The notes under the pieces are model-generated. The model saw only the letters and a program-made list of their open reading frames with translations, did no database searches and was not told where the DNA came from. Both the position numbers and the translations under genes were made by a program. A stretch of DNA of 63,466 nucleotides, the filler included, from Reticulomyxa filosa (lineage: Eukaryota > Protista > Foraminifera): assembly GCA_000512085.1 (NCBI GenBank). It is 25 parts of 25 records of this genome, joined end to end, with 100 filler letters (N's around TTAATTAATTAA, not from the genome) between each part and the next. Parts side by side here need not be neighbours in the genome. Positions count along the whole stretch, not along the records: positions 62,358 to 63,466 come from ASPP01029604.1; 24 more parts are not named here. One strand, given 5' to 3'. Shown here in pieces: positions 62,785 to 63,466 of this stretch (its first letter is position 1; every line of letters starts with the position of its first letter).

Positions 62785-63466
<682 letters not shown>

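Overview
This is not one locus. It is 25 unrelated short contigs joined by 24 artificial 100-nt spacers (44 N + TTAATTAATTAA + 44 N). 23 contigs are AT-rich, intron-containing eukaryotic DNA. Their signature WD40 (NIGVIGGxGYTICSGS) and kelch (SQCxLHKHE...HKYSIRENKW) families point to a foraminiferan like Reticulomyxa filosa (my recognition, not a database result). Two GC-rich contigs (38712-39903, 40004-41091) are bacterial, probably betaproteobacterial, and carry aceA/grpE and a P4-type integrase with alpA. Recognisable eukaryotic genes: PP2A scaffold subunit, a PPR protein, a stand-alone PPIE-type RRM, a TM-RGS protein, GYF_2, INPP5, DHX15, inositol monophosphatase, a bacterial-type GS-like ligase with introns, and WD40, ankyrin and F-box-like proteins. 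There are also many pseudogenes (SERCA, kelch, CAP-Gly, BTB) and transposon relics (Tc1 transposase, LINE RNase H, a high-copy TA-flanked element end). The most novel candidates are: (1) a cleanly spliced 569-aa membrane protein made of five tandem DUF5654/MscL-like two-helix units, possibly a single-chain pseudo-pentameric channel; (2) a BTB domain fused to USP7-like UBL1-UBL2 with no protease domain; (3) self-complementary introns with poly-A acceptors and degenerate donors, suggesting structure-guided splicing; (4) WD40 paralogues that differ mainly at top-face residues; (5) a G:C to T:A decay signature in dead sequences. Many single-base frameshifts lie in homopolymers and are probably sequencing errors. 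All family assignments come from motif recognition by eye.
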